This document shows positions 1 through 9,117 of a stretch of 32,806 bases of DNA, piece after piece (within the stretch, counting starts at the first letter, position 1; every line of letters starts with the position of its first letter). The DNA comes from an uncultured Muribaculaceae bacterium (GTDB lineage: Bacteria; Bacillota_I; Bacilli_A; RF39; UBA660). The stretch lies in NCBI GenBank assembly GCA_964404455.1, contig CAYOJY010000002.1, positions 1 through 32,806 on the forward strand, written 5' to 3'. The notes below the pieces were generated by a model. The model did no database searches, was not told the origin of the DNA, and worked only from the letters and a program-made list of their open reading frames with translations. The position numbers were made by a program, and so were the translations under genes.

Positions 1-270
1 GTTTAAAGCTTCTGTTAATTTGCTTCCAGCTTTAAATGAAGCCACAGTCTTAGCAGGGATTTTTAGGGGTGCTTTTGTTAATGGATTAATTCCATCACGA
101 GCTGCTCTTTTTTTAGCTGCGAATGTTCCAAAACCAACTAAAGATACTTTTCCTTCCTTTTTCAATCCCGCAGTAATACCTGCGATTGTAGCATCTAATG
201 CTTCTGCAGCTGCTTTTTTTGATAAATCAGCTTCTTTGGCAATAAATTCTACCAATTCTGTTCTAGACAT
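1..270 (-). CDS. hup: DNA-binding protein HU (3' end cut by the window edge; the stop codon lies just outside)
   Basis: Manual reverse-strand translation from the ATG at 270-268 gives MSRTELVEFIAKEADLSKKAAAEALDATIAGITAGLKKEGKVSLVGFGTFAAKKRAARDGINPLTKAPLKIPAKTVASFKAGSKLTEALN, a typical full-length HU sequence. A GGGAGG Shine-Dalgarno site lies upstream. The ORF track lists only the antisense ORF 20..322. Confidence 0.9.
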   Translation of the reverse strand, partial: MSRTELVEFIAKEADLSKKAAAEALDATIAGITAGLKKEGKVSLVGFGTFAAKKRAARDGINPLTKAPLKIPAKTVASFKAGSKLTEALN

Positions 271-402
271 GTTTCTACCTCCCGTACATTTCTATTTTGT
301 AAGAATTGTTCCTACATATTAAGATTAGCAGAAATATTTTTCAAAATCAATATAATTTGTTAAATTATTTCATTTTAATCGCAATTTTGCACTTTTTTTC
401 TT

Positions 403-428
403 AAAAAAACATGAAATTTCATGTTTTT
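403..428 (-). terminator. Palindromic AT-rich hairpin (AAAAACATGAAA/TTTCATGTTTTT) downstream of the 444..1064 gene; symmetric, so possibly bidirectional
   Basis: A perfect inverted repeat flanked by A/T runs, read directly. It lies 16 nt past the stop of the upstream minus-strand CDS. Confidence 0.5.
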
Positions 429-443
429 GAGGTTATTTTTTTC

Positions 444-1064
444 TTAAATTAAATTAATAATAGCATTACTTTCTATAAATGCTCCAATAAGCATTAATAA
501 AAAACCGAATATTATTAATAATTTTTCAGCTTTTAAAAATTTTAGTTGTTTAAAATTTTTAGTTGTAGTTATTTTTCCATTAGTCATAACTAAATATTTA
601 TTGGCTAGGGAAGAAGCAATAAGCAACTGACCAATCATTTCAAGCAAACCAGCATGTTTAAAAATATTAAACGTTTGAAAAATTCGTTCAAATATACTAG
701 GCACTGAACCAACATTAACTGTAAATGACCACGTTCCCAATGTTATTGCATTAATAGATATTAAAACAAAAAAACATAGGTATCCAAAAGAATAATATTG
801 ATTATCTTTTTTGTTTTTTTGAGCAAATAAACTACCTATAAAAATTGAAAGTACTGATATCATATTAAACATAAATATTTGAATAGCGCTTATAAATAAA
901 CTTGGCGATGTATCAAAATCTAAAACTGAATTTTTGTTTAAAAGAAATTTTTCAGGTAATATCAAATAACTTAAAATAGTTATTGAAAAAAAAGTAATAA
1001 AAAAAATAATTAAAGCACTGCCAACTCTTACCCCAACTTTATCAGACATTAATTTTGCTTTCAT
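444..1064 (-). CDS. Polytopic membrane protein, SpoIIM-like (DUF95 family)
   Basis: Several hydrophobic segments. Motifs recalled from the SpoIIM/DUF95 family are present: IFMFNMISVLSIFIGSLF, INAITLG, KHAGLLEMIGQL (cf. the HG..E motif) and LIGAFIES. A GGAGAG RBS lies 5 nt before the ATG. The family call rests on remembered motifs, not on an alignment. Confidence 0.45.
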   Translation of the reverse strand: MKAKLMSDKVGVRVGSALIIFFITFFSITILSYLILPEKFLLNKNSVLDFDTSPSLFISAIQIFMFNMISVLSIFIGSLFAQKNKKDNQYYSFGYLCFFVLISINAITLGTWSFTVNVGSVPSIFERIFQTFNIFKHAGLLEMIGQLLIASSLANKYLVMTNGKITTTKNFKQLKFLKAEKLLIIFGFLLMLIGAFIESNAIINLI

Positions 1065-1158
1065 AAAAACTCTCCATTTCTATTTTATCATGGATAAATT
1101 TTCATTTCCATAGATTTATTTACAACCTTAGGTTTTATTTGCAGTTTTAATTTATCAT

Positions 1159-1184
1159 AAAAAAAACATGAAATTCATGTTTTA
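1159..1184 (-). terminator. Palindromic hairpin (AAAACATGAA/TTCATGTTTT) overlapping the spoIVA stop codon
   Basis: Inverted repeat with flanking A and T runs. It is nearly identical in sequence to the hairpin at 403..428. Confidence 0.5.
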
Positions 1185-2669
1185 TAATACTACTGCTATT
1201 AATGTATTTGAGCCTTTATTAACTATTTTTGTAATAGTATTTCCTAATTTAAAGCGAGTGTTTTCCGGCATCATGCTTAATTTAGCTTTAATTCCTTCAC
1301 CTACTACATTCTCCAGGCTTCGCCCAAATATTTCACTTTTCCAAATACTACTTGGATCTGTTTCGTAATCTTTCATTAAAAAGTCAATTAATTCTTTTGA
1401 TTGTATTTCACTTCCAATAATAGGTTCAAAGGTGGATTCAACATCAACTTTAATTAAGTGAATAGAAGACGCTACTGCTTTTAATTTAATCCCGAAACGA
1501 GAACCTTGTTTGATAATTTCGGGTGCCGTTAACCGCATATCCTTAGTACTAGGATATACAACTCCATAACCTGTTGCCCGTGCCATTTTTAGAGCGACTT
1601 TAATACTTTCAAATTCATCATGTCCTTCTTTATATGAAGTAAATAATTTTAACAATCCTGCTTTACTCATAACAGATTCGCCCATCATTTCTTTTAATGT
1701 ATCATTATATAATTCATCCGGACTTTCTAAATTAATTGTTACAATTCCCGTTGAAGCATCTAATTGGCTAATATATGATTTGTGGATATATTCACTATTT
1801 TCAAAATGTTTGGTAATATATTCAATATCTTTAACTTTTTCGACACTGATAACGCTTTCTTTAATGGATTCTAAATAATGCAATTTTATTATATGATCAT
1901 TTGGTAATATATGAACCCATTCTGGAATCGAAATTTTAATATCTTCAACTGGAAATTCATATAAAGCTGTCCTTAAAACTTCAATTATTTCGGGTTCCTG
2001 CATTTTTTCAACACTTATTGGCATAATTGGAACATTATATTTTTCTTCTAATTCTGTTTTTAAATTATAAACTCGATCACTTCCCGGATTATTTGTATTT
2101 AATACAACAATAAAAGGTTTTCCAAATGTTTTTAATTCATTAATAACTTTTTCTTCTGCTTCAATATATGACTCTCTTTTGATTTCCCCAAAAGAACCGT
2201 CAGTTGTTACTACAATTCCAATTGTTGCATGATCCTTAATTACTTTTTCCGTTCCAATTTCAGCGGCTTCCACAAAAGGAATCGCATCTTCAAACCAAGG
2301 ACTTTTCACCATTCTCGGATTTCCATCTTCATCTATAAAACCATTCGCCTCAGGAATAACAAAACCAACGCAATCAACTAACTTAATGCTTGTTGTAAAC
2401 TCATTAACTTTAATTGTCGCTCCACTTGATGGAACAAATTTAGGTTCAGTTGTCATAATTGTTCTTCCCTCAGCACTTTGAGGTATTTCATCTAAGCATT
2501 TTTTCTTTTCATATTCATCTTCAATATTAGGAACAACTAAATTTTCAATAAAACGTTTTATAAAAGTTGACTTGCCAGTTCGAACTGCTCCGACTACACC
2601 TAGATAGATTTCTCCATTTCCTCTTTTTGCTATGGAAGAAATAATTTGTTCTTTTTCCATAAACACCAT
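1182..2669 (-). CDS. spoIVA: Stage IV sporulation protein A (spore coat morphogenetic ATPase)
   Basis: The N-terminus MEKEQIISSIAKRGNGEIYLGVVGAVRTGKSTFIKRFIENLVVPNI closely matches B. subtilis SpoIVA, including the Walker A motif GAVRTGKS. The length is about 490 aa. The true start is probably the second ATG at 2660 (MEKEQ...), not 2669. Confidence 0.95.
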   Translation of the reverse strand: MVFMEKEQIISSIAKRGNGEIYLGVVGAVRTGKSTFIKRFIENLVVPNIEDEYEKKKCLDEIPQSAEGRTIMTTEPKFVPSSGATIKVNEFTTSIKLVDCVGFVIPEANGFIDEDGNPRMVKSPWFEDAIPFVEAAEIGTEKVIKDHATIGIVVTTDGSFGEIKRESYIEAEEKVINELKTFGKPFIVVLNTNNPGSDRVYNLKTELEEKYNVPIMPISVEKMQEPEIIEVLRTALYEFPVEDIKISIPEWVHILPNDHIIKLHYLESIKESVISVEKVKDIEYITKHFENSEYIHKSYISQLDASTGIVTINLESPDELYNDTLKEMMGESVMSKAGLLKLFTSYKEGHDEFESIKVALKMARATGYGVVYPSTKDMRLTAPEIIKQGSRFGIKLKAVASSIHLIKVDVESTFEPIIGSEIQSKELIDFLMKDYETDPSSIWKSEIFGRSLENVVGEGIKAKLSMMPENTRFKLGNTITKIVNKGSNTLIAVVL

Positions 2670-2793
2670 CTTTCTTTTTTACTATTAAATATTATTCTAT
2701 AAATTTTATTATATTACTAAATTATTATTAAATTTTAATACCTAAAAAAAAGACATTGCTATGAATATCTTAAAAGTAAAGTTATTTTTTTTC

Positions 2794-2901
2794 TTATAAT
2801 TGATTGAATAAATATTCCTTTTCATCTTCAATTATAACTTCTGGATATGTTTTAGGATTATTTTCAAATATTTCATCACCTAATACAAAAATATCTTTCA
2901 T
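2794..2901 (-). CDS. Small hypothetical ORF (35 aa), not in the ORF track
   Basis: Manual translation gives MKDIFVLGDEIFENNPKTYPEVIIEDEKEYLFNQL. AGGGGTG lies about 10 nt upstream of the ATG. It sits in the 274-nt gap between the nucleotidyltransferase gene and spoIVA, on the same strand. No family recognised. Confidence 0.3.
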   Translation of the reverse strand: MKDIFVLGDEIFENNPKTYPEVIIEDEKEYLFNQL

Positions 2902-2943
2902 TTATTAAAAACACCCCTAAATTAATAATTAACTTTTTAAAAA

Positions 2944-3843
2944 CTAATCCCACAAATTACGTTTATATATTTGCTTATTTTCTAATTCTTGAATTTTTTT
3001 CTGTAAATCAATAATATCCTCTTTATAAGTCATTCCAGACCAAATGCCATCAGAAATAATATTTTTTAATTTTATTTTTTTTTCTTTAATTAAATCACAT
3101 AATAATTCAGGTAATAAAACTTCATTATTTTGACGATTATCTGAAGATTCTAAAAAATCATTTATATATTTTTCTAAATAACCAAATATATTAGGATAAA
3201 GAACAAAAAAATTTACCGCAACGAGATGATTTAGTTCAAAAGTAAATTCCTTATTTTCTTTTAAAGACAAACAATAGGCTTTATTATCTTTTATTTCAAC
3301 TTTACTTTCTGTAATAGCTGTAACATAGTCATTTTCCACTTGAACAAAACCTCTTTTAACACTGCCATATTTACTGGCTGTTTGGATGAACGGATAATTA
3401 ACTGTGGCATAAATATCTTCATCTTTATTGTTATTTATGAATTCACTAGCTTTATAAAATGACTGATAACTATTAAAATCATCAGCATTAATTACTACAA
3501 AAGGTGTATCCACTTTATCTTTTACTGCGTATAAAGCATGGGCAGTTCCGAGTGGTTTCTCCCGTTTTTTTAAATCCGGATATTTATCAACAAATTCATC
3601 TATACTTTGATAAGCATAATCTACCTTGATATATTTACTGATTCTTGAACCAATAGTTTCTTTAAACAAATCAGCATGTTCCTCTTTAATTATAAAAACT
3701 ACTTTGGTAAAACCATTTTTAATAGCATCAAATATTGAATAATCAATAATAAATAAACCAAATTCATTAATTGGCGTTATTTGTTTTAATCCTCCAAAAC
3801 GTGATCCTAATCCAGCGGCCAGTACTACTAAAGTTTTTTGCAT
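2944..3843 (-). CDS. Sugar-phosphate nucleotidyltransferase family protein
   Basis: The N-terminal MQKTLVVLAAGLGSRFGGLKQ is the G-x-G-x-R nucleotide-binding signature of NTP-transferase-fold enzymes. AAGGAGA RBS. The substrate cannot be assigned from the sequence. Confidence 0.6.
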   Translation of the reverse strand: MQKTLVVLAAGLGSRFGGLKQITPINEFGLFIIDYSIFDAIKNGFTKVVFIIKEEHADLFKETIGSRISKYIKVDYAYQSIDEFVDKYPDLKKREKPLGTAHALYAVKDKVDTPFVVINADDFNSYQSFYKASEFINNNKDEDIYATVNYPFIQTASKYGSVKRGFVQVENDYVTAITESKVEIKDNKAYCLSLKENKEFTFELNHLVAVNFFVLYPNIFGYLEKYINDFLESSDNRQNNEVLLPELLCDLIKEKKIKLKNIISDGIWSGMTYKEDIIDLQKKIQELENKQIYKRNLWD

Positions 3844-3857
3844 ATTTTTTTCTCCTT

Positions 3858-4100
3858 TTAAAACATTTTATCTACAGTTTTAGGAACTTCATCCTTTACA
3901 ACTTTTTTAATAATTTTATCAACTTGTTCATCACTAATATTTTTTCCTGTTGCTTTACTTAAAACATTAATAACTTCTTTAATTGTTTTTTCGTTTTTCA
4001 TATTTCCTTTTTGCAACTTTTCGGCTAAGGATAAAATAGTCTTTTTATCTACTTTTGTCTTTTTTTCCACTTTTTCAAAAAAATCATCACTAAATTTCAT
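3858..4100 (-). CDS. Stage VI sporulation protein F-like (SpoVIF family)
   Basis: An 80-aa protein, FFEKVEKKTKVDKKTILSLAEKLQKGNMKNEKTIKEVINVLSK. Its size and pattern resemble B. subtilis SpoVIF (FF..IEKKTGV ... LA..LQ ... DE.T.R.VI). AGGAGG RBS. Confidence 0.5.
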   Translation of the reverse strand: MKFSDDFFEKVEKKTKVDKKTILSLAEKLQKGNMKNEKTIKEVINVLSKATGKNISDEQVDKIIKKVVKDEVPKTVDKMF

Positions 4101-4139
4101 AGGTATTCCTCCTAGAATTATTATATGATTGTTAATTTT

Positions 4140-4343
4140 TTAGTCGACATAAAATAAATCATCAGGTTTTAATTCAAATATTCTAGCAATTTTTACTGCC
4201 ATTTTATAATATAAATTTCTTTTACCAGTTTCTAATTGGCAATAAAAAGATGGACTAATTCCTAGCATTTTAGACATATCATGAATTGTAAAGCCTTTAC
4301 TTTTTCTTATTTCTATTAATTTTTGAGTATTTATTCCGTTCAT
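4140..4343 (-). CDS. XRE-family helix-turn-helix transcriptional regulator (67 aa)
   Basis: IRKSKGFTIHDMSKMLGISPSFYCQLETGKR is a typical Cro/C1-type HTH. AGGAGA RBS. Confidence 0.75.
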   Translation of the reverse strand: MNGINTQKLIEIRKSKGFTIHDMSKMLGISPSFYCQLETGKRNLYYKMAVKIARIFELKPDDLFYVD

Positions 4344-4386
4344 TTTCTATCTCCTATAAATATAATAAGTATTAGTTAACTTTTTG

Positions 4387-5691
4387 TCAACCTTCATTTT
4401 TGTTTTTAAATTGTAAAATAATTGGTGTACCCGTTAAATCAAGGCTTTCTCTAATTTTATTTTCTAAATATCTTTCATAACTAAAATGAATTAATTTTTT
4501 ATTATTGACATCTAAAGTAAATTTTGGAGGCATCTTACCCGTCTGACTAACAAAATAAATTTTTAAGCGTTTTCCTTTATATGAAGGGGCTGGATGTAAA
4601 AAATAAGCCTCTTCAATTATTTTATTAAGAACTGATGATTTAATTTCTTTTTTACTATTTTCATAAGCCGTAATTATTTCTGGCATTAAAGTATGCAGTC
4701 TTTTTTTAGTTTTAGCAGATAAATAAACATATTGAGCATACGGTGCGAATTTAAAGTGTTCTTTTAACTCTAATTGCCATTTTTTAAGATCAACATTAGG
4801 GTTTTCAACCGTATCCCATTTATTTACAGCTATAACAACGGATTTTCCCGCATCAATTGCATATGACAATATATGTTTATCATGTTCAATTACGCCATCT
4901 TCAGCACTAATTATTAATACACATACATTACTTCTTTCAATCGCTTGCATACTTCTAAGTAAACTATATTTTTCTATATTTTCATATATTTTTCCTTTTT
5001 TACGCATTCCCGCAGTATCAATCATAATATAATCATTACCATTATATTTAAATTTAGTATCAACCGCATCACGAGTAGTTCCCGCTTCATTATGAACAAT
5101 AACTCTTTCTTCATTTAATAAGGCATTAACTAAACTGCTTTTTCCTACATTAGGGCGACCAATGAAACAAAATTTTAAAATTTCTTCTTCTTTTGAAATA
5201 ATCACTTTAATATCCTGGGTAATTTCTTCTAATAATTCATTAAAACCTAAATTATGTTCAGCACTTATGCCAATAATTTTTTCAAATCCTAATTCATAAT
5301 AATCAAAAATGTTTTCTTTTCTTTTTTCATTATCAATTTTATTAACTAAAACAATCACCTTTTTGTTGGTTTTTCTTAATAAATCCCGAATATAATAGTC
5401 TGTTGCATCAGGACCGGTCATCCCATCAACAACAAATAATATTTTATCCGCTTCATCAATAGCTAAGCTCGCTTGCATTAAAATATCTTTATCAATTTCA
5501 TCATTTTCAAAAGAAATGCCCCCAGTGTCAATTAAATGAAAAGCCTTATCTTTATAATTAACGGTTCCATAAATTCGATCACGAGTAATCCCTGGAGTAT
5601 CTAAAATAATTGATTTTTTCTCTTTAACCAAACGATTAAATATTGTTGATTTACCCACATTTGGTTTACCAATTATACATATTGTCTCCAT
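4387..5691 (-). CDS. der: Ribosome-biogenesis GTPase Der (EngA), with two tandem GTPase domains
   Basis: Two G-domains are present (GKPNVGKST...DTGG and GRPNVGKSS...DTAG...NKWD) followed by a KH-like C-terminus. I moved the start to the ATG at 5691 because AAGGAGG lies 6 nt upstream. The track's start at 5694 is a TTG. Confidence 0.95.
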   Translation of the reverse strand: METICIIGKPNVGKSTIFNRLVKEKKSIILDTPGITRDRIYGTVNYKDKAFHLIDTGGISFENDEIDKDILMQASLAIDEADKILFVVDGMTGPDATDYYIRDLLRKTNKKVIVLVNKIDNEKRKENIFDYYELGFEKIIGISAEHNLGFNELLEEITQDIKVIISKEEEILKFCFIGRPNVGKSSLVNALLNEERVIVHNEAGTTRDAVDTKFKYNGNDYIMIDTAGMRKKGKIYENIEKYSLLRSMQAIERSNVCVLIISAEDGVIEHDKHILSYAIDAGKSVVIAVNKWDTVENPNVDLKKWQLELKEHFKFAPYAQYVYLSAKTKKRLHTLMPEIITAYENSKKEIKSSVLNKIIEEAYFLHPAPSYKGKRLKIYFVSQTGKMPPKFTLDVNNKKLIHFSYERYLENKIRESLDLTGTPIILQFKNKNEG

Positions 5692-5702
5692 CAAATACCT
5701 CC

Positions 5703-6275
5703 TTACAAATTTAATTCTATTAATTCGTGAATTTCTTGTTTGCCCTTTTTAGTAATTGTAGAAAATGGAATAAATTCCTCAATTCCCAATGTTTCTTTTA
5801 TTAATTTATCTTGTTTTATTCGACCATTTTTACTTATTTTATCATATTTAGTAGCTACAATCGTAATATCTTTATTATAATATTTTAAAAATTCATACAT
5901 TAAAACATCATCTTCGGTAGGTTTATGACGATAATCAATTAATAAAAAAACTTTTTGTAAGTGTTCCCTACTTTTTAAATAATCCTCAATCATTAACCCA
6001 TATTTTTTTCGGGATTCTTTACCAGTTGAGGCATAACCATACCCTGGAACATCTACCAAATAAAATTTATTATTAATTAAATAAAAATTTAAAGTTTGGG
6101 TTTTTCCGGGTTTTGAAGATGTTCTAGCAAAATTTTTTCTTTCAATAATTGTATTAATAAAACTACTTTTTCCCACATTACTTCTTCCCACTAATAAAAA
6201 TTCTAATTTATCATCCTGGGGATATTGACTTAATCTAACAGCTATTACAGGGTCAGATACTTGATCAATTTGCAT
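5703..6275 (-). CDS. engB: Ribosome-biogenesis GTP-binding protein YsxC/EngB
   Basis: LVGRSNVGKSSFIN, DVPGYGYA and TKYDK motifs. About 190 aa. Confidence 0.9.
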   Translation of the reverse strand: MQIDQVSDPVIAVRLSQYPQDDKLEFLLVGRSNVGKSSFINTIIERKNFARTSSKPGKTQTLNFYLINNKFYLVDVPGYGYASTGKESRKKYGLMIEDYLKSREHLQKVFLLIDYRHKPTEDDVLMYEFLKYYNKDITIVATKYDKISKNGRIKQDKLIKETLGIEEFIPFSTITKKGKQEIHELIELNL

Positions 6276-6405
6276 AAATTTTAATCACCAAAAATATTAT
6301 AATAAAAATAAGAACAAAAAGCAAATTTTAAAATTTTAATACTATAATTTAAAAATATAGTCAAAAATTTAGTTAGCAAACTATGTATTTTTGATATATA
6401 AAAAG

Positions 6406-6738
6406 TTATAAAAATAATAATTTTATAACTTTAATTGCTTCTTTGAATCCCGAATTAACTACATATAATAATTCATTATTTATTTTATCTCCAGTATTAG
6501 TAAATATATTATCATATTCTTTTTCTTCTTTTTTAATATAATTATTTATATCAACTTGTTTTCCTTCCATTAAATCTTGTTCAAATTTTTTAATTGCTTC
6601 ATTTGTTAAAGCTGTTTCTTTATTAATTTTAGCTTCATAATAGCCACTTATACCAATAATATAAACTATTAAATAAATAATAAATAAAAATGTTATTGTT
6701 CTTAAAAAATAATTCTTTTTCTTTTTTTTCTCTTCCAA
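6406..6738 (-). CDS. Small membrane-anchored protein, YqxA-like by position (TTG start)
   Basis: A lysine-rich N-terminus, then one TM segment and a soluble tail, 110 aa. It lies immediately downstream of spoIIP, as yqxA does in B. subtilis. The start codon is TTG, preceded by AAGGTGG. The call is mainly positional. Confidence 0.35.
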   Translation of the reverse strand: MEEKKKKKNYFLRTITFLFIIYLIVYIIGISGYYEAKINKETALTNEAIKKFEQDLMEGKQVDINNYIKKEEKEYDNIFTNTGDKINNELLYVVNSGFKEAIKVIKLLFL

Positions 6739-6740
6739 TT

Positions 6741-7640
6741 TTATTCAACCACCTTTGCAATCGCTTTTGCTAAATAAATGATTGTATTATTAATTTCTTC
6801 GATAGTATTATATTGTCCACCTATTTCAATAAGTATAGCCTGTTCACTAAAATTTTGATTATATATTCCATTTACGCCAGAACCCTCTTTAGTCATAATT
6901 CCCCTACTAAATTCGGTATTAGTATTTTTTAATTCATTATTTATTTTTTTAGCAAATTCTAAGTTTTTTTCATAATTTTCATGTTCTTTACCAACCACAA
7001 ATAAAATTTTAGCATAATCTTTTTTATCCCAATTAAAAGTTGTTTTTTCTTTAGGACTAGAATCCCGGTGAATATCAAAAAAATATTTAATCGTTTCATT
7101 TTTAGCCGCAGCTTCTTCTAATAAAATTCGACTGGCGCGATAACTATAACCATAACTCCACTTATTTGCTTTTAATATATCATTCACGCTTCTTTGTTCT
7201 ACTATTGCTAAAATATTATGTTCCTTTAAATATTCTTTTAAAATATAAGCTGCAGTTATAACCGTCGGATTAATGTTAAAAAGTTCAAAAGATTGATAAT
7301 TATATTTTTCCCCAGGATGAGTATTATATAAATAAATAATTGGTTCTAAATCAGTTTCTTTTTTTTGATTTTCTTCTTTAAGAACTAAAACCTCCTTTTC
7401 TAAAGGCGAGCCTAGAGTATATCTAATTAAAAACTCAGGTGATTTTAATTTATTTAAAGATAATGATTTATTATCAATATTTAAGATCATTTTAATTATT
7501 TTTTCATTATTTAAATCAATAATCATATTTTTTAAGCAAAAAAATACAGCACAATAAAAAGTTGTAATAAAAATAAATACTACTAAAAAAGGTTTAATTA
7601 TTCTAAAAGTTCTTTTTTTTGATCTAAATTTTTTTTCCAT
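6741..7640 (-). CDS. spoIIP: Stage II sporulation protein P (engulfment amidase/peptidase)
   Basis: N-terminal TM segment plus the motifs IYLYNTHPGEKY, FFDIHRDS, ILFVVGKEHENYEKNLEFA and QAILIEIGG, which are typical of SpoIIP. It is divergent from rpsT, as in B. subtilis. Confidence 0.85.
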   Translation of the reverse strand: MEKKFRSKKRTFRIIKPFLVVFIFITTFYCAVFFCLKNMIIDLNNEKIIKMILNIDNKSLSLNKLKSPEFLIRYTLGSPLEKEVLVLKEENQKKETDLEPIIYLYNTHPGEKYNYQSFELFNINPTVITAAYILKEYLKEHNILAIVEQRSVNDILKANKWSYGYSYRASRILLEEAAAKNETIKYFFDIHRDSSPKEKTTFNWDKKDYAKILFVVGKEHENYEKNLEFAKKINNELKNTNTEFSRGIMTKEGSGVNGIYNQNFSEQAILIEIGGQYNTIEEINNTIIYLAKAIAKVVE

Positions 7641-7772
7641 AAAATATCACTTTCTTTATAAAATTATATTATAAAATTATTAAAAAAAATGTCATAATGA
7701 AGGAATTATAATTTATGTTGCGAAATAAAATTTTAATATAATCAATTATTTTTTTGAATCTTTATTTTTAAC

Positions 7773-7801
7773 TTGATAAATCTAGGATTGTTTGATAAAA
7801 T
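7773..7801 (+). promoter_or_regulatory. Putative sigma-A promoter of rpsT (TTGATA-17 nt-TAAAAT)
   Basis: The hexamers were read directly, with a 17-nt spacer. The element lies about 30 nt upstream of the rpsT RBS. Confidence 0.5.
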
Positions 7802-7832
7802 TAACTAGTACGAAAAGGAAGGAGACTAAAAA

Positions 7833-8099
7833 ATGGCAAACTTAAAAAGTTCTAAAAAAGCAATTAAAGTTATTGCTAAAAAAACAAATCATAATCACGA
7901 AATTAGAATGAGAGTTACAAATATTATTAAAAGTTTAGAAAAATGCATTGCTACTAATGATGTAGAAAAAGCTAATAGCTTATTAAAGGACTTGCAAAAA
8001 TACATTGATAAAGCTACCTCTAAAGGTTTAGTATCTAAAAATACAGCTGATCGTCAAAAATCAAGATTAAATAAAAAAGTTAAAAATATGGAGGAATAA
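7833..8099 (+). CDS. rpsT: 30S ribosomal protein S20
   Basis: MANLKSSKKAIKV... is a basic 88-aa protein with a typical S20 N-terminus. GGAAGGAG RBS. Confidence 0.95.
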   Translation: MANLKSSKKAIKVIAKKTNHNHEIRMRVTNIIKSLEKCIATNDVEKANSLLKDLQKYIDKATSKGLVSKNTADRQKSRLNKKVKNMEE

Positions 8100-8146
8100 T
8101 TGTTTACTTCATTTTTTTTTGATATTATTAAATTGGTGAATATAAT

Positions 8147-9100
8147 ATGAAGAAAATAATCATACCAACTATATGTTTATTATTAGTGTGTTTAATTTTA
8201 ATTAATATAAATAAAATAACTAATTTAATTGTTAATCAGGTAGTTCAAAAAGAACCTATTATAATTGAAAATATTAGTATTTATAAAAAAGAAAACATTT
8301 TATCTTATGTAAAAAATACCGATACTTTTATTCCTTATTCCTACCAAGATTTATTAAATATTATCTTTACAACAATTAATAACGGTTGGAACAATTTTAC
8401 TTTTTATTGTAAAGAAGAATACACAGAATGCGTCAATGATGTTACGAAAATAAGCAACGATGATATAACCCTTACCCACATTAATAATTTTGTTCATCCG
8501 TATAATAGTTTTACAAACATTAAAATGGTTATTGCTGATTCTGGGGAAATTAATTTAAAAATTAATTATTTATATAATAAAGAGCAAATTGATAAAATTA
8601 ATGACAAAGTAAAAGAGTTAATTAAAAATTTGATTAATGAAGAAATGGATGAATACGATCAAATTAAAATAATTCATGATTATATAATAAATAACACTAA
8701 ATATGACATTGAACGAAATAACGAAAATTTAAGTCAGTATAATTCTTATATTGCAATTGGACCATTATTTGAAGGCTATGCCACCTGTAATGGCTACACT
8801 GATTTAATGGCTATCTTTTTAACCGAACTTGGCTTTAAAAATTTCAAAATAGCTACAACTCCGAATGAATTAAATAGCCTATCCACCGGTCATGTTTGGA
8901 ATGCGGTTTATTTTGATAATAACTGGTCTCATCTTGATTTAACTTGGGATGATCCAGTAAGTAATGATGGAAAAGATTATTTATATCACACTTACTTTTT
9001 AATTAAAAGTAAAGAATTAAAAGAAATAGATAGTGGAAAAGTAAAATTGGAAGAACATAAATTTAATACTTATATTTATAACGAATTAAAAAGCAATTAA
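8147..9100 (+). CDS. Membrane-anchored transglutaminase-like domain protein
   Basis: N-terminal TM segment. CNGYTDLMAIFL ... GHVWNAVYF ... HLDLTWDD has the Cys-His-Asp arrangement of the transglutaminase-like cysteine protease fold. Confidence 0.7.
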   Translation: MKKIIIPTICLLLVCLILININKITNLIVNQVVQKEPIIIENISIYKKENILSYVKNTDTFIPYSYQDLLNIIFTTINNGWNNFTFYCKEEYTECVNDVTKISNDDITLTHINNFVHPYNSFTNIKMVIADSGEINLKINYLYNKEQIDKINDKVKELIKNLINEEMDEYDQIKIIHDYIINNTKYDIERNNENLSQYNSYIAIGPLFEGYATCNGYTDLMAIFLTELGFKNFKIATTPNELNSLSTGHVWNAVYFDNNWSHLDLTWDDPVSNDGKDYLYHTYFLIKSKELKEIDSGKVKLEEHKFNTYIYNELKSN

Positions 9101-9117
9101 AATTACTTTTTAATTGC
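9093..9117. terminator. AT-rich hairpin (GCAATTAAAA-ttact-TTTTAATTGC) spanning the two convergent stop codons
   Basis: A 10-bp inverted repeat, read directly. The convergent genes are only 2 nt apart. The stem is weak and AT-rich, so function is uncertain. Confidence 0.3.

Noticed and set aside
20-322. 100-aa plus-strand ORF from the track
   Set aside because: It is antisense to a clear HU (hup) gene on the minus strand. Its sequence is low-complexity, and it has no RBS.
1168-1368. 66-aa plus-strand ORF from the track
   Set aside because: It is antisense to the 3' end of spoIVA. Its ATG lies inside the terminator palindrome.
3771-3962. 63-aa plus-strand ORF from the track
   Set aside because: It is antisense across the junction between the nucleotidyltransferase and spoVIF-like genes. 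It is a low-complexity F/L/I/N-rich translation.
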